Positions 1 to 12,099 of a stretch of DNA of 64,000 bases are shown here, one piece after another. The notes below the pieces were generated by a model. It saw only the letters and a list, made by a program, of their open reading frames with translations. It had not been told where the DNA came from and made no database searches. How positions within the stretch are numbered: the first letter of the stretch is position 1; every line of letters begins with the position of its first letter. Where the stretch lies: positions 1-64,000 of the forward strand of contig UYFQ01000576.1 of the NCBI GenBank assembly GCA_900617105.1. The letters run 5' to 3'. The translations under genes and the position numbers were made by a program. This DNA comes from Hydrurus foetidus. Taxonomy: Eukaryota.

Positions 1-1
1 C

Positions 2-1455
2 AAAGTAGATTCAAAGTATGTGTCAATCAGTGAGATTTACGGTTTATTATGGTTAAATCAGCTGGACGTCAATAATGCAAAGTCTGAATCGTTCAAACGG
101 AGAAAGAAAGGTGATGAAATCGGTGAGAGGCAGATGGGAAGATAAGCAAAAGAAGTATATGAGTTCGTGTTAAATAGCATTTGCGCTGCTAATGAGTAAC
201 CTACAATATACATCAATGCTGCAATAAAAGAATCTGCATCGCGAAGCGCTGGTGCATTAGAAGCTGTACGGCGAAAGATATTCGACGACGATGACGTTGA
301 TGATACTGTGACAATATCACAAATAATAAACCATTCCGCTGTCCACCAAATGCTGGGAAAGTTTCCTAATAAAAATATAAGGTTCAAATTGCATGAGATA
401 GAGCTGGTTATCTCACTATTTGATGCTATAATAACATCTCGCAGTGAGTTAGAGGGTGAAAAATACAGAGCTAATTATATTGTGACAGCTACTCACACCA
501 AGGAAATTTTAATTAAACATGCAAGATATTCTGAACTTGTTGTGGAAACAATAGTGAGGTGGGTTATCAAAAGGGATGTGGTGAAAAAAACATGTGGGAG
601 AAAGATCTCTGTGGAATTCGAGGCTGATGTCTGGGGTAATTTGATGATATGTGAATTTGAGCAAAAAAATGTAAGTATCATCAAAATTCACCGTGATACA
701 CCATTTTATTACATCAAATAATTTGTTATCATTTTGTGAGTGATCTGCATCTTAATATGCAGTAATGTATGTACACGTATTACTAACTCAAATACTAAGA
801 TATCGAACTTACGTACGTGTGTCTATCTTGATAGGTTGAGGGTGTCCTCACCAACGTTCCACGTATCCTGGTCAGTGTCGTTTACACTTATGCAATAATC
901 GAACAAGCTGCAAAGACTGTTCAAGCGGGTGATAGGTGGATTAATGATGATAAAATACAAGCTCTTGAGTTCAGTTCAAAATGGGTTCGAAATTTTTTGA
1001 CTCGGGCAAACATGCGTAGAAGAAAGATAACGACTGATGATAAAAATGTACCATCAGATGAAGAAATAAAGAGGATAATGGAAATCGGACAAACAATGTA
1101 CAAAGACTTTGGACACACCAGAGATACAACAATAAATATGGATGAAACAGCATTTACCTACGCGATAGGCCCGGAATACATGTACTGTCCACCCGACCAA
1201 CAACGCGCTCAGAATATTGGTATACCTAATACGATGCTTCGCATAACAGCGGTTGTAGCGGTAAGTGGTAATGGTGAGTTTGTGCCTTTATTCATTATCA
1301 TTAAACACTCAGTTAGCTCAGAAGAAAGACCAGACCAATCAGGGATGAGGGTTATACAGGACCTCCATAAAAAGAATAAAGGATTTGGTGTAGATGATGA
1401 ATGGGATCTAATTAAGTGGACAAAAGAGTTGACAATAAAAGGTGTGACAATATGA
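2..1455 (+). pseudogene. Decayed pogo/Tigger-like (Tc1/mariner superfamily, CENP-B HTH + DDE_1) transposase
   Basis: Frame of ORF 308-721 splices (GT 671, AG 834, phase 0) into the frame of ORF 997-1455, giving LEFSSKWVRNFLTRANMRRRKITT (CENP-B-type HTH) then INMDETAF...RITAVVAVSGNGEFVPLFIIIK (first catalytic D and following DDE_1 motif). In-frame stops at 143-145 and 197-199, and truncation at 1455 before the remaining catalytic residues. Confidence 0.8.
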
Positions 1456-1532
1456 TAGTGCCATGTTAGAATACGATCATGAGATAACAGAGGCAATGAA
1501 CTTTATAGAGAGTTTGTAATTTAATATCGCCA

Positions 1533-1738
1533 AATTGCACTCCACTTTTCGCATTTTTTCTTCACTAATATGTTACACATACGTATGGGACATTGATTTT
1601 AAGAAAAAATAATAATATTGCACGTACGGTTTTCACGTACTTACTGCCACTAACACGGTCATCATCTCAGAAGTAGTTATAGCGATAGCCAAACGCACAA
1701 CTTGCACTCTACTTTTCGCATTTTTTCTTCACTAATAT
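1533..1738. repeat. Short direct repeat pair (~36 bp) downstream of the pogo fragment
   Basis: ttgcact(c/ct)acttttcgcattttttcttcactaatat-like sequence occurs at ~1534-1570 and ~1702-1738. Confidence 0.6.
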
Positions 1739-3201
1739 ATCTTATACAAACATGTGTTATAAAAAACAATTATTTATTACATGCGAGTAATTCGGTTCAG
1801 ATTGAATAAAACAGTGCTTATCATTCAAATCACAGAAATGCAGAGTACGAGAATTAATCAGTACTGTGATTGAGAGTCACTGAAGAAGGATGAGAGTTTT
1901 AGATTGAATTCAGTTGTATTGCTACTGACTACAAAAATTCTCAATTCGTAACCGTTTCTGGCGTGCGATGTGTCTCCATGATACAAACAGCAGTCAAAAG
2001 ATACAGAGTACAACGTATCAGTTTCGATTAGCATATCTAATATGGGAGCAAGCAATGCCGCCCATTCCCTCCGCAGATTTCCTATGTGCTCACCACGGTC
2101 ATAAAACCCTTTGTTGTCGCCGTCCATATCATCAGGGGCGAGCACTTGGATACAGTTCGCATCTAATAATCAGCAAAAAAAAACATGGTATCAGTAAGAG
2201 CACAATAATTAACGGGTCGTAAGTCTACAGCACAAATGACTGTGGTAGCAGATAAGTTGTTGTCGAGAAGTGAGGGATTTCTCCGTAGAGTGCTAGGTGT
2301 TCAGCAGTTCTGACTATGCAGGGAATACTGAGGAACTCTTCGTCGAATACTGACGCAGCACTTAAGCTGCTAGAAACTATAAGTAAGAGAAATAGAGAAA
2401 ATTTGGGCAGCGATTCACCTCGCACCTTATCTAGTGTAAATTGTCAGCATCAATTAGCATTCAGAAAATAAGCATGTACTTGGCAGAAAATATTTTTGGT
2501 GAGGACATCAAATAAAGTTCACTTCCTGAGGGCTATATTGATAAGACGCTCACCGTGCAGATTGTTGAAGTTACGCTTCAACCTGCAAGTAGACCATTTC
2601 TTGACCTTGATTCTCTTATCCAACGCGAATAGCCCACTCGCTGTGCAATCGATAGTCACAATCAGCGGCATGACTAAAAAACAAGGTAATTGGAGGACAT
2701 GTCAATTTTGAAATTAAGTAGACCCCGTGGCCTGCCGGACAAAACAGATTCTGTTTCTATACATTTATCTTGAGGTCGATTAGCTGACAGTTCTGCAGAT
2801 TGGGCTATCCCTTAATAAATATTCAGCTGCTTACGGACCGTGTCGAAATTGATGATGGCTCCGTGCAAAAACTCCTGCGATGCGATCTGGTCTTCAACGA
2901 ATAGAACCTGTTGCACGATGAGAGAACAAAACTCAAGTGACAGAATGCACCACTCAGAATTGCAGGAGAAGCAATTTTGAATTTGTAGTTGTGCTTGGAG
3001 TGCAGAAGGTCCAATAAGTATGATCTCCTACTCCTCGGACAAAAAGAAGTCCTATGTCACGGGTATACTCTCAAGTCCCCCGCAAACATAGGGTCGGCGA
3101 CGGTACTACTGTAGCAGGTCGGCGGTCGGCGACAGTCAGTAATTTCCTGAATACGATCAATCGTACAATTAATTGTTGGTCACCTCTGGAAATACGGAAA
3201 T

Positions 3202-3592
3202 TGTTGGATATAGCATAGCTATCCCTATGGGGACAATCCCTTTGGGGAAATCCCTTTGGGGTAATATCATTCAAGCCCAAGCGGAGGAGCGAGGGTAGCG
3301 CTTTTGGACCCGAGACCATCACTCAAACTGTACTGGAAGTTGCAACTGATGATGACTGTGAACAGTCAACTGTAGCTAGTATAGCTAGCCATGAACTGCT
3401 TTGTTTTGACACAATGAGCACTTCTAATTAAAAGAGACTATATGGCTGTGTGCCATTATACCTACACTAGAGTGAGCTGTTGGAGCGACTTTGGTCGACT
3501 AGCTGAAAGCAAAGTGTGTTCTAAACGAATCACTGCTATCAACCAGGTGCTCTGACTGGACCTAGGATCCAAAAGACAGTTTTATTCCAAGA
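3202..3592 (+). repeat. 5' LTR (TGTTGGA...TCCAAGA)
   Basis: Aligns with 8700-9094; about ten substitutions and a few small indels by eye. Confidence 0.95.
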
Positions 3593-3603
3593 TAATTAGA
3601 AGT
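3593..3603 (+). promoter_or_regulatory. Putative self-complementary primer binding site (TAATTAGAAGT)
   Basis: Abuts the 5' LTR, lacks the TGG of a tRNA 3'-end PBS, and is the perfect reverse complement of ACTTCTAATTA at 3420-3430 inside the LTR (same 11-mer in the 3' LTR at 8922-8932). Confidence 0.7.
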
Positions 3604-3618
3604 CGCAAGCTGCTCAGA

Positions 3619-4730
3619 ATGAGCAAGCGAGGCGAGAAGGGCGCTGCCCAACCGAGATCCGAGAAGGGTGGAAAGTCTGAAAAATCCACGATCGGAGATG
3701 GCGTGAAGCCAGAGAATCTTCCTGAGATAGCCCACAATGGCTGGAAAGAATGGGACGACAACATGCAGATTCTGAAAGAGTACATGCGAGTCAACTTTCA
3801 AGACCTTGAGTCAATCTGTCCCGACCCCATGATGCTGTCGATAAAACCTGCATATGAGGTTTACGAATTCGCAGAACCCGACTATGCAAAACTCGAGGCT
3901 CTGGACGACACTACTGACCCAAAGGGATTTCGAGCAAAGCTAATGATGGCAGACTTGAATAGTGAGAGAGCAGTCGTGACAAAGATGAAAAAGAAGCAAA
4001 TGGAGGACCGACGATCAGCATATCGACTGATTCGATCGATGTGTTCACCATCGCTAAATGCGATTTTAATAGTGAATGCCAAATTCATCGCTGTCAAATT
4101 CGATGATCCACTCGAACTGCTTGCAGTAATCAAGTCAGTAGTCACATCCAGATGTGATGGAAATCAGGAATTAGAGCGGTCCCAGGCCCTACGGGACTGG
4201 TATACACTCACCATGAGTACGGGCGAAGAGATCGTAACGTACGGACGGCGCGCAGTCAAGCTTTTCGACCGACTTGCTGCGACAGGAGTACCAACAGCAC
4301 AAATTCCAGATGCAAAACAACAAGCCATGAGGTTAATTGATGGTCTAAGTAGCACCGTGCAGGTCTACCACGACTACAAAAACTACCTCAGCAACTCCCT
4401 CGAGTGCACCGCTATCGACATCTATCCGAAGACTTTGGTGGAGGCCATCAATGGAGCAACCCGATTCCATCGAGGGGCGAAGGGTAGCGCATTGCAATCA
4501 GCGATAGCGACTCCCCACACGGCACTTGCGGCGAAGAACCCTGGCAAACAGGGTGGTCCCCAAAGGGAGAAAAATCACCTGCCAAAGACAAGGCCAAAAA
4601 GATCGATGCTGACAAGATTAAGGAGCCGAAAGTGAAATTTGCTTAGGAAGCAAAGGAAGGCCAGTTCAGTGGAACCTGCTATTACTGCAAGAAAGTCGGT
4701 CACCGTGCTAGTGAGTGCAGAAAGAAGGCG
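3619..4730 (+). pseudogene. gag: Retrotransposon Gag with CCHC zinc knuckle, disrupted
   Basis: ORF 3619-4635. The knuckle GTCYYCKKVGHRASEC (from 4671) lies in another frame, reached by a frameshift near 4560-4575, and that frame has a TAG at 4644-4646. Confidence 0.85.
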
Positions 4731-4980
4731 GCGGATGAGGCCGATTCAGCACCAAAAACCTCATACTCGGCCATTAGACAAACCGACGAAGATGACACCA
4801 ACGCCGAAGACAATGGTATACAGCTTTTGGCCAAATGTGGGACCAAGAGGTTAACGAGAATCAATATGGCGACAGGCACTGTAGTGTGTGCCTCACCACC
4901 ACCTCACCGGTGGAAGTCGCAACCCTCGGTCCTCGGACTGATTTTTCCGCAAACCAAACATCAACCAACAAAGTACCTCG

Positions 4981-7900
4981 GAGGCCATCTTCGACACAGG
5001 AGCTACTGGAACCATCATTACATGTGCAGATGTTCTGACTGACATTGCAACATGCACTCCAACTGTATTCAAAGGCTTGCATGGTTCCCTTACTGTAACT
5101 AAAGCAGGACTTCTTCGAGACATTGGTATTGTTCATTTTGATCCGCGAGCTGGACTTTCCATCATCTCGGCATCGGATTGCCTGTTGCAAGGACACAACT
5201 GGGAGTTTCGCCAGGGTTCTACAATAGATCAAGATGCATTTCTGCTTCACACTGATCAGAATACCTACAAATTTCAACACCGTGGAGGGCTGTATGTCAG
5301 CGATTTGGCAACGCCTCCAGAGCCGCGATACTCTGACGCCGCAGAGCGCAGAAATGGATATGCACATCCCGCAGTGGTGAAAACACCATCTAGCAACTTA
5401 TTTTACTCTACAAAGCTAGAAACAACGGCAGGAAACGAAGCCAATTTCACAAAACGCGAAGTTCAAAGAAGCGTCGATGCACGACGTTTGCAAGCGAGTT
5501 TAGGATTTCCACCAGATCAGAAATTCATTTCTGCTTTGAGGGCTGGGACATTTCTCAACTGCGACATCTTACCTGAAGACATCGCACGTGCCACAGCAAT
5601 TTGGGGAGCAAGCACTGCTTCGCTCAAAGGACGCACTACTAGGCTGAGGCCTATGCCACCACCACAACTACCCACAACGGCCCGCAACATTGACGATCAA
5701 CACATGCATTGTGATGTCATGTTCATAAATCGACACCCATTTCTAGTTTCGATTACTCACCCACTGGGTATTGTTTTGGTGGCCTGCATTGAGAATCTCA
5801 CAAAGCCGGTGCTCCGACAGAGCATCAAGCGTATGTTCGGAACCATCGGGTCCCGACGCATTTCCATCGTGAAATTTACCAGCGATAATGAGAGAGGCAT
5901 TGCGGCACTTGTCAACGACATGAACGCCATGGGCGTCGAGGTCACTACAGTTGGTCCAGGGCAACACGATCACATTATTGAGCGAATGATCAGGCACCTG
6001 AAGGAGACCATCCGTTGTACCATCTTCAGCCTACCGTACCTCCTACCAGATATACTGATGCCTCATCTCGTCATGAGCTCAGCAAGGAAGCTTCTACTGT
6101 TTCCCTCATCAACTAGAACAGATAGGATCTCCCCATTCGAAGCATTCTTTGGAAGGAAGGCCGACACGAAAAAAGATATCGGACCGCCTTTCGGCTCATA
6201 CTGCCAAGTCACCGCAAGGGTGCTCAGCAACAACATGGATCCACGAACCATCGGATGCCTATACCTGGAACCAAAGATGAATGGCACAGGCACTCATTCC
6301 TTCATGCGCATCGATACAAGGAGCATTATATCGGCCAACCACTACGTGGTACTACCGATACCTACACTCGTCACCACCACTATAAATGAATGGGCATCGA
6401 AGAATAAAATCCACATATCGCAAGAATCGATATTCACTTTCCATGACAGAGACATCACTGGAGATATCGACGATGATGTGGTAACAATTCATACCCCTTC
6501 AGAATCGGAACCCACGATCCAATTCCGACACCCACCTCCCACACAACCGGTGTTCCGGGATGACACTGACACGCCTGATACCGTGATAGAACCTCAAATT
6601 ACACAAGAACAATTGGAGATTCGGGGTGAAATGGAATCAGCTGTCGATGAAAATGATAGTATTCCCACTACTGACGAAGTATCTGGGCCAGAAACTAATT
6701 TTGAATCGGTATCGGAGGAGCAACCAGAGGCACTACCTACCTCCGTGCGTACGTACGTGCCCAGTGCACCCATTGAAATGCGTGAGAAATCGACGAGAAT
6801 TCGAAAGCCACCAGACAGACTCAACTTAGTAGCTCAAAAACTACCTATTTCAACGTGGAAAGAAGGAATTAGGGGTGAGTGGTCATTAATGACAGTTACC
6901 CGGGCACTGAAACTTTTCCTGGACAAGGCTACCGCAGTCATCGAGTCAGAGGTCAAATCACTACTTGCCAAGGGGATATTTTCGGGTGTGCACATGGAAC
7001 AGCTATCACCTACTCAGAAGCAGAAGATACTGCGTTCTAACATGAATGTTGTGGAGAAATACCTCCCAACACTGAATCCGAATGGTGATCGCCAGATCGA
7101 CAAGGTCAAGGCACGTTTCTGTGTGGATGGGCGTGCTCAAGTTAGAGAAGACTACGCTGCAGATGAAGTTGAGTCACCTACAGCGACTATAGCTTCCATC
7201 TTTACAGTTGCACAAATTGCTGCTTTGGAAAACCGTTTCATTATGGTCGGGGACGTTGGGTCCGCGTACCTCAACGCCGATATGCCTAAGGAAAAACCGG
7301 ATAAAATCCTCCATATGTTCATTGATAAGAATGTGGCCGACGCAATCATCAAACAAGACAAATCATTTGAGTGCTACCGAAGACACAATGGAGGGTTAGT
7401 GGTGAGACTGGACAAAGCACTTTACGGGTGTATCGAGTCCGCCAAACTATGGTATAACGAAATAGCCGGAACACTTGGCCGTAATGGGTTTACGGCCAAC
7501 CCGCGCGATATTTGCGTCTTTAATAAGGACGTCAAAGGGAACCAATTTACTATCCTAGTCTACGTAGACGACTTAATGATGACGTGTGTGGACAAGAAAG
7601 CGGTTCTTGACATTGAGCAAATTTTGCTGAAAACGTACGGACAATTCCGTACCACTCAAGAGCGCGTCTACCGTACCTAGGTTGCATGTGGGATTACACT
7701 GAGGAAGGATTTGTAAAGGTCACACAGATCGGAATGATTCAAGATCTGATCTCATCAAGGGAAAAAAGCCATGCCGAACGAGGTATGAACCTCATTGGGA
7801 ATCCATCATCACCCGGTGCCCCACACCTATTTGAGCGGACCTTGGACTGCAAATTCCTGAATGAGAAAGACGCTAAAACCTTCCATACGGACGTCGCTAC

Positions 7901-8535
7901 AGCGCTATACCTGGGGAACCGAACGCGTCCGGATATCGTATTAGTGTTAGGTGAACTTTGCAAACGTGTAAAGGCACCAACAACAGAAGACGACAAGAAA
8001 CTTGATAGGCTCATATGCTATCTGAGGGCTACTAGAGACAAGCCCCTACGACTCGGTTGCACATTACCACCGACAGTTACAGTATCAATTGATGCTGCAT
8101 TTGCTAACCGAGATATGATGAAGTCAACTTCAGGAATGTGTGTCACATTGGGGGTGGGATATTTTATTACGAGTTCCAAGGTCCAGAGGCTCAATTCCAA
8201 GTCAAGTACGGAGTCCGAGATCATTGCAGTTTCCGACGGCATGAACATTCCGCTATGGCTTGCTGGGTTTATTGCGTACCAAGGACATGGAAAACACCCA
8301 GTGAGGCTGGAACAAGACAATCAATCATGCATTGCGCTGCTGAACAAAAGGTCGGTCTACCGCAGAGACCACCCGGTTTATTGAGGTACGGAAATTCTGG
8401 ATCTCAGACTACATCCGTATCGGTGCCGTAAACATTGTCTACGTGCCCACCGAGGATATGACATCCGATTACTACACCAAGCCACTACAAGGAACAATTT
8501 TTTCCAAGATGGTGAAGAAAATTATGGGAAATTAA
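4981..8535 (+). pseudogene. pol: Pol: protease, integrase, reverse transcriptase, RNase H; at least two frameshifts
   Basis: Protease AIFDTGATG at 4984; integrase HCDVMF / FTSDNE / ERMIRHLKE; RT KARFCVDG, DVGSAYLNA, ALYGCIES, YVDDL; RNase H DAAFA, SSTESE, QDNQSCI and terminal YVPTEDMTSDYYTKPLQG. Frameshifts near 7670 and 8350; stop TAA 8533-8535. Confidence 0.93.
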
Positions 8536-8689
8536 GTAGTATACACTATTGACTTACAGTTGAGCTATTTTTTAAAATTTTATTAGCAACAATACATGTT
8601 ATGATCACTATAGCTTACAGCAGATACAAATACGATTTATGTTTCATTCACATGAAAAAATACGAATATGCCGCCTGAATGCTTATGAC

Positions 8690-8699
8690 ATTAGGGGTG
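8690..8699 (+). promoter_or_regulatory. Polypurine tract (ATTAGGGGTG)
   Basis: Directly precedes the TG of the 3' LTR; identical 10-mer at 6868-6877. Confidence 0.75.
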
Positions 8700-9094
8700 T
8701 GTTGGATATAGCATAGCTATCCCTATGGGGACAATCCCTTTGGGGACAATCCCTTTGGGGTAATATCATTCAAGCCCAAGCGGAGGAGCGAGGGTAGCAC
8801 TTTTGGACCCGAGAACCATCACTCATGTGATGTACTGGAAGTTGCAACTGATGATGACTGTGAACAGTCAACTGTAGCTAGTTTAGCTAGGCATGAACTG
8901 CTTTGTATTGACACCCTGAGCACTTCTAATTAAAAGAGACTATATGGCTGTGTGCCATTATACCTACACTAGAGTGAGCTGTTGGAGCAACTTTGGTCGA
9001 CTAGCTGAAAGCAAAGTGTGTTCTAAACGAATCACCGCTATCAACCAGGTGCTCTGATTGGACCTAGGATCCACAAGACAGTTTTATTCCAAGA
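8700..9094 (+). repeat. 3' LTR
   Basis: Direct repeat of 3202-3592, followed by the GAAAT target duplication. Confidence 0.95.
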
Positions 9095-9267
9095 GAAATT
9101 GTGATTGAGTTGAACCTTCTCCTTTCTCCTGTACAGGAGGGTGAGTATTGTATAGGGCAGAGGGCAGATCGATCAGAGATCAGTACACAGCAGATCAGAT
9201 CTATAGATCTCAGACTGTCGAGTCCAATAACATATTCTGCGGCAGCGTGTTGACAGCCGACAAGAAA

Positions 9268-12099
9268 ATGATTCGGTGCGTAATCGCACTCTCTTCGCTA
9301 TTCGGAATTGTGGAGAGCTACCGTGGACATCGTTTTTTCAGTAATTGCTTGCATGCAACAACTTCAGCTTCTTCGACGACAACGAATGGAGGAATTACAG
9401 AAAGAGTGCTATCAGAGTCAAATCAGAAGAGTGATACGGCAGACTGGAGCACGCTTTTCGTGAACGCCCTGATAAAGTCTCCATTATACACACCAATAGT
9501 TGCACTCGCCCGAAATACTATGATTAAAACTGCTGCTAGTGTTGGCGTCGATTGGAAGGGGAAAGCATTATCACTACGTGAAATTAACAGAGATTGGCAA
9601 TCCGGAATCGAGAGCATAAAAGCACAGAGGAGACCTGATTACGTAACACCGCCTTATTATATGCAGCCTTTCCATGGTTACAAAGAAGGCAACCTATGTT
9701 TAGACGCTGCGCTTGAGCAAGAGCTAGCAGGTACTTTCTCAGGGAAAGAGAAATCATATCGCTGATCTGATAAGAAGGATCACCATTCATTCTACGAATA
9801 TTTTGCTCTAGGAAAAGCTGTAGGTGTTAGAAACTTTCCTGAGAAGGGGCTCGCTGGCGAAAGTTTTTTGCGAGAATGCTACGAAAAAGAAATATCAGCC
9901 TTGGGCGGATGCTTCTTACCTGATAATGCAGTCTGTGTGGATTTCGGCTGCGGAACAGGTGTGTATAGCTTGACTTGCTTTTCGATTGCTGTCTCTCATT
10001 GATGCCTCGAACAATTCTGTTGGAGTTTAGATTAGAGATTAGTCGTTCTCAGCAAGCACTCGGACACCGGTTCTGGTACCTAGAGGAATAGATAAGAGGG
10101 CTATGCAATGACGGCAAAATCGCTGAAAATGCAGAAGAAGAATTTAGCTTTTTGAGTTTAATGCGATTTCTACTATATTTCAAGTATTTGACTGCACTTT
10201 GATTAACATCCTTCCCATGAAGCATCATCAACAAAGCTGTCACAAATTGCATACGCTGATTCATTCATGCAATCAAAATGCAATTGCAAGTGACCCCGTG
10301 CGATCCTGGCCCATGTGAAGCACTCGATGGATGTCACTTGATCTGAACTGCCCTAATCTGACTTCTTCGAGAACACTTCCTTATCCTTCTCTTCCTTCCC
10401 TCCCCTTCTCTTCAATCTCTTCTCTTCCCTCATAGGAACTTCAACGAGAAGACTCGCGAAGTTGTTTCCCAAGGCATCGCGCATCTTGGGTGTGGACCTG
10501 TCCCCCCACATGTTGGCTATCGGGAAGTTCCTCATAGAGGAGGTGTCCGTCCCTGTCCCTTCTTCCGCCTCACCATCACTGTTATCATCAATGTCAGAGT
10601 TGAGGTCCAGTGCAAGCACATCCAGTAGAGGAGATGGAACCGAAGGAACGTACGGTGCGGAGAAGCAGAAGCAGTACGGTGCCTTCGAGTGGGTGGACCG
10701 CATCGAAGAGGACCCCCGCGTCGAGTTCCTCTACAGCGACATCAGCCACACAGACCTGCCCTCAGGTTACACTGCAACACGACCAACTCCTTCTCATTCC
10801 ATCGTTTGAGCGCTCATCTTCTCTTCTCATCATTGTGATCGATTGCTCTAATTTTTGCGGCAAAATGATTCAACGAAAGCGCTGAGCTGAGTGTTTATGA
10901 GCGGACAGACTTGTGTGCGTCGCATTGAACAGACGCAGAAACTCAGATGGAAACATGTGCCGCTGAAATATTAGAATCATAGACTAAAATAGAATAGTAT
11001 AGAATACAGAGATTTCAATGTGCATGGAGGGAGGGTGGAGTGGAGTGGAGTTACTTATTGTCTGTAAAATGTGTCGATAGGTAACGCGCATGCATGGAAG
11101 GGTGACCTTGCTTTCCTTCTCGCACCGACTACAACACTGCCTTGAAACATTAACTACATCGCATCGTATCGCATCATAGCATGCGATGCAATGCAACTGC
11201 GTTACTTCAGCTCGTCTTCATTTTGACTGCATCTCATCTCATCTCATTTTGCATCGCAACATACTGAATCACATCTTGGGATCCCTCCCTGTTCCACTCC
11301 ACCTCAATCTCCGGCACGCAATATGATGATCTCCTTCTGTTCGGCTACTGCACGCAGGCTCTGTCGGATTCGTGAACATCTGCCTGGTGCTGCACGAGCT
11401 GCCCGAAGCCGCTTCGAAAGAAGTGCTGTCAGAGGCCTTCAGGATCCTGCAACCGGGAGGCACTCTCGCGATGTCAGTACAGTAGAGTACAGAGTAATCA
11501 TGCATTACCTCTTTCCCTCTTTATATCTCCCCTCTCTCTATCTCTCTCTGTGATTGTTTCCCCCTCTCTCTTTGTCTCTCTCTCATTCCATCCCATCCCA
11601 TCCTGCAGAATGGAGATGGACCCCAGTGCCCCAGGGTACATCAAGCTGCAGAAGACTCCCTGGCTGTACGCCATCCTGAAGAGCACCGAGCCATACCTCG
11701 AGGAGTACTTCAACATGGCGCCCAAGATGCAGAACATTCTCACTGACATAGGTGAGCCAATCCCTGCTATCTAGTAGGCCTGACATGATCCGTCACAGGG
11801 AGTGTCATAGATAGAGGGAGATGCATGTCACGTCTACAATCTACAGTGAGAGCACCCCTAATACTCCTCTTCTCTATATTGCTCTGTACTGTATTGCATT
11901 CACTGTATTGCTTTGACCAGGGTTCTCTGTCGTGCGCACTTCAGCAGCCACAGGCAGACACCTCACCGTGGTAGCCATCAAGAGCGGGGTGTCCGATGTG
12001 CGTCCCTCCTCCGAAGTCAGGGAGAAAAGCGACTCCCACCTCAACACCATGGAAAAACAGGCGCCTCCAGGCAAAGGCAGGAAGGGCATCTCCAAGTAG
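9268..12099 (+). CDS. Class I SAM-dependent methyltransferase (Methyltransf_11/25-like), 6 exons, probable plastid targeting
   Basis: Exons 9268-9730, 9812-9958, 10436-10765, 11358-11472, 11609-11751, 11921-12099; all GT-AG with consistent phases. Splicing restores VDFGCGTG-TSTRRLA, then GVDLSPHML and LVLHELP...EAFRILQPGG. N-terminus MIRCVIALSSLFGIVES-Y followed by a Ser/Thr-rich stretch. Confidence 0.9.

Larger units (their letters stand above)
3202..9094 (+). mobile_element. Ty1/copia LTR retrotransposon, CoDi-like, full length with frameshifts
   Basis: Two ~390-bp direct repeats (3202-3592, 8700-9094), 5-bp target duplication GAAAT at 3197-3201 and 9095-9099, domain order gag-PR-IN-RT-RH, purine tract attaggggtg immediately before the 3' LTR. 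Confidence 0.97.

Noticed and set aside
1858..3060. Possible spliced minus-strand gene (e.g. VLFVEDQIASQEFLHGAIINFDT; DANCIQVLAPDDMDGDNKGF…)
   Set aside because: Some exon-like pieces have plausible splice sites, but I could not build a consistent model or recognise a domain.
4560..4650. Programmed frameshift or readthrough in gag
   Set aside because: The shift falls before the zinc knuckle, the new frame contains a TAG, and pol has further frameshifts. Decay or sequencing error is simpler.
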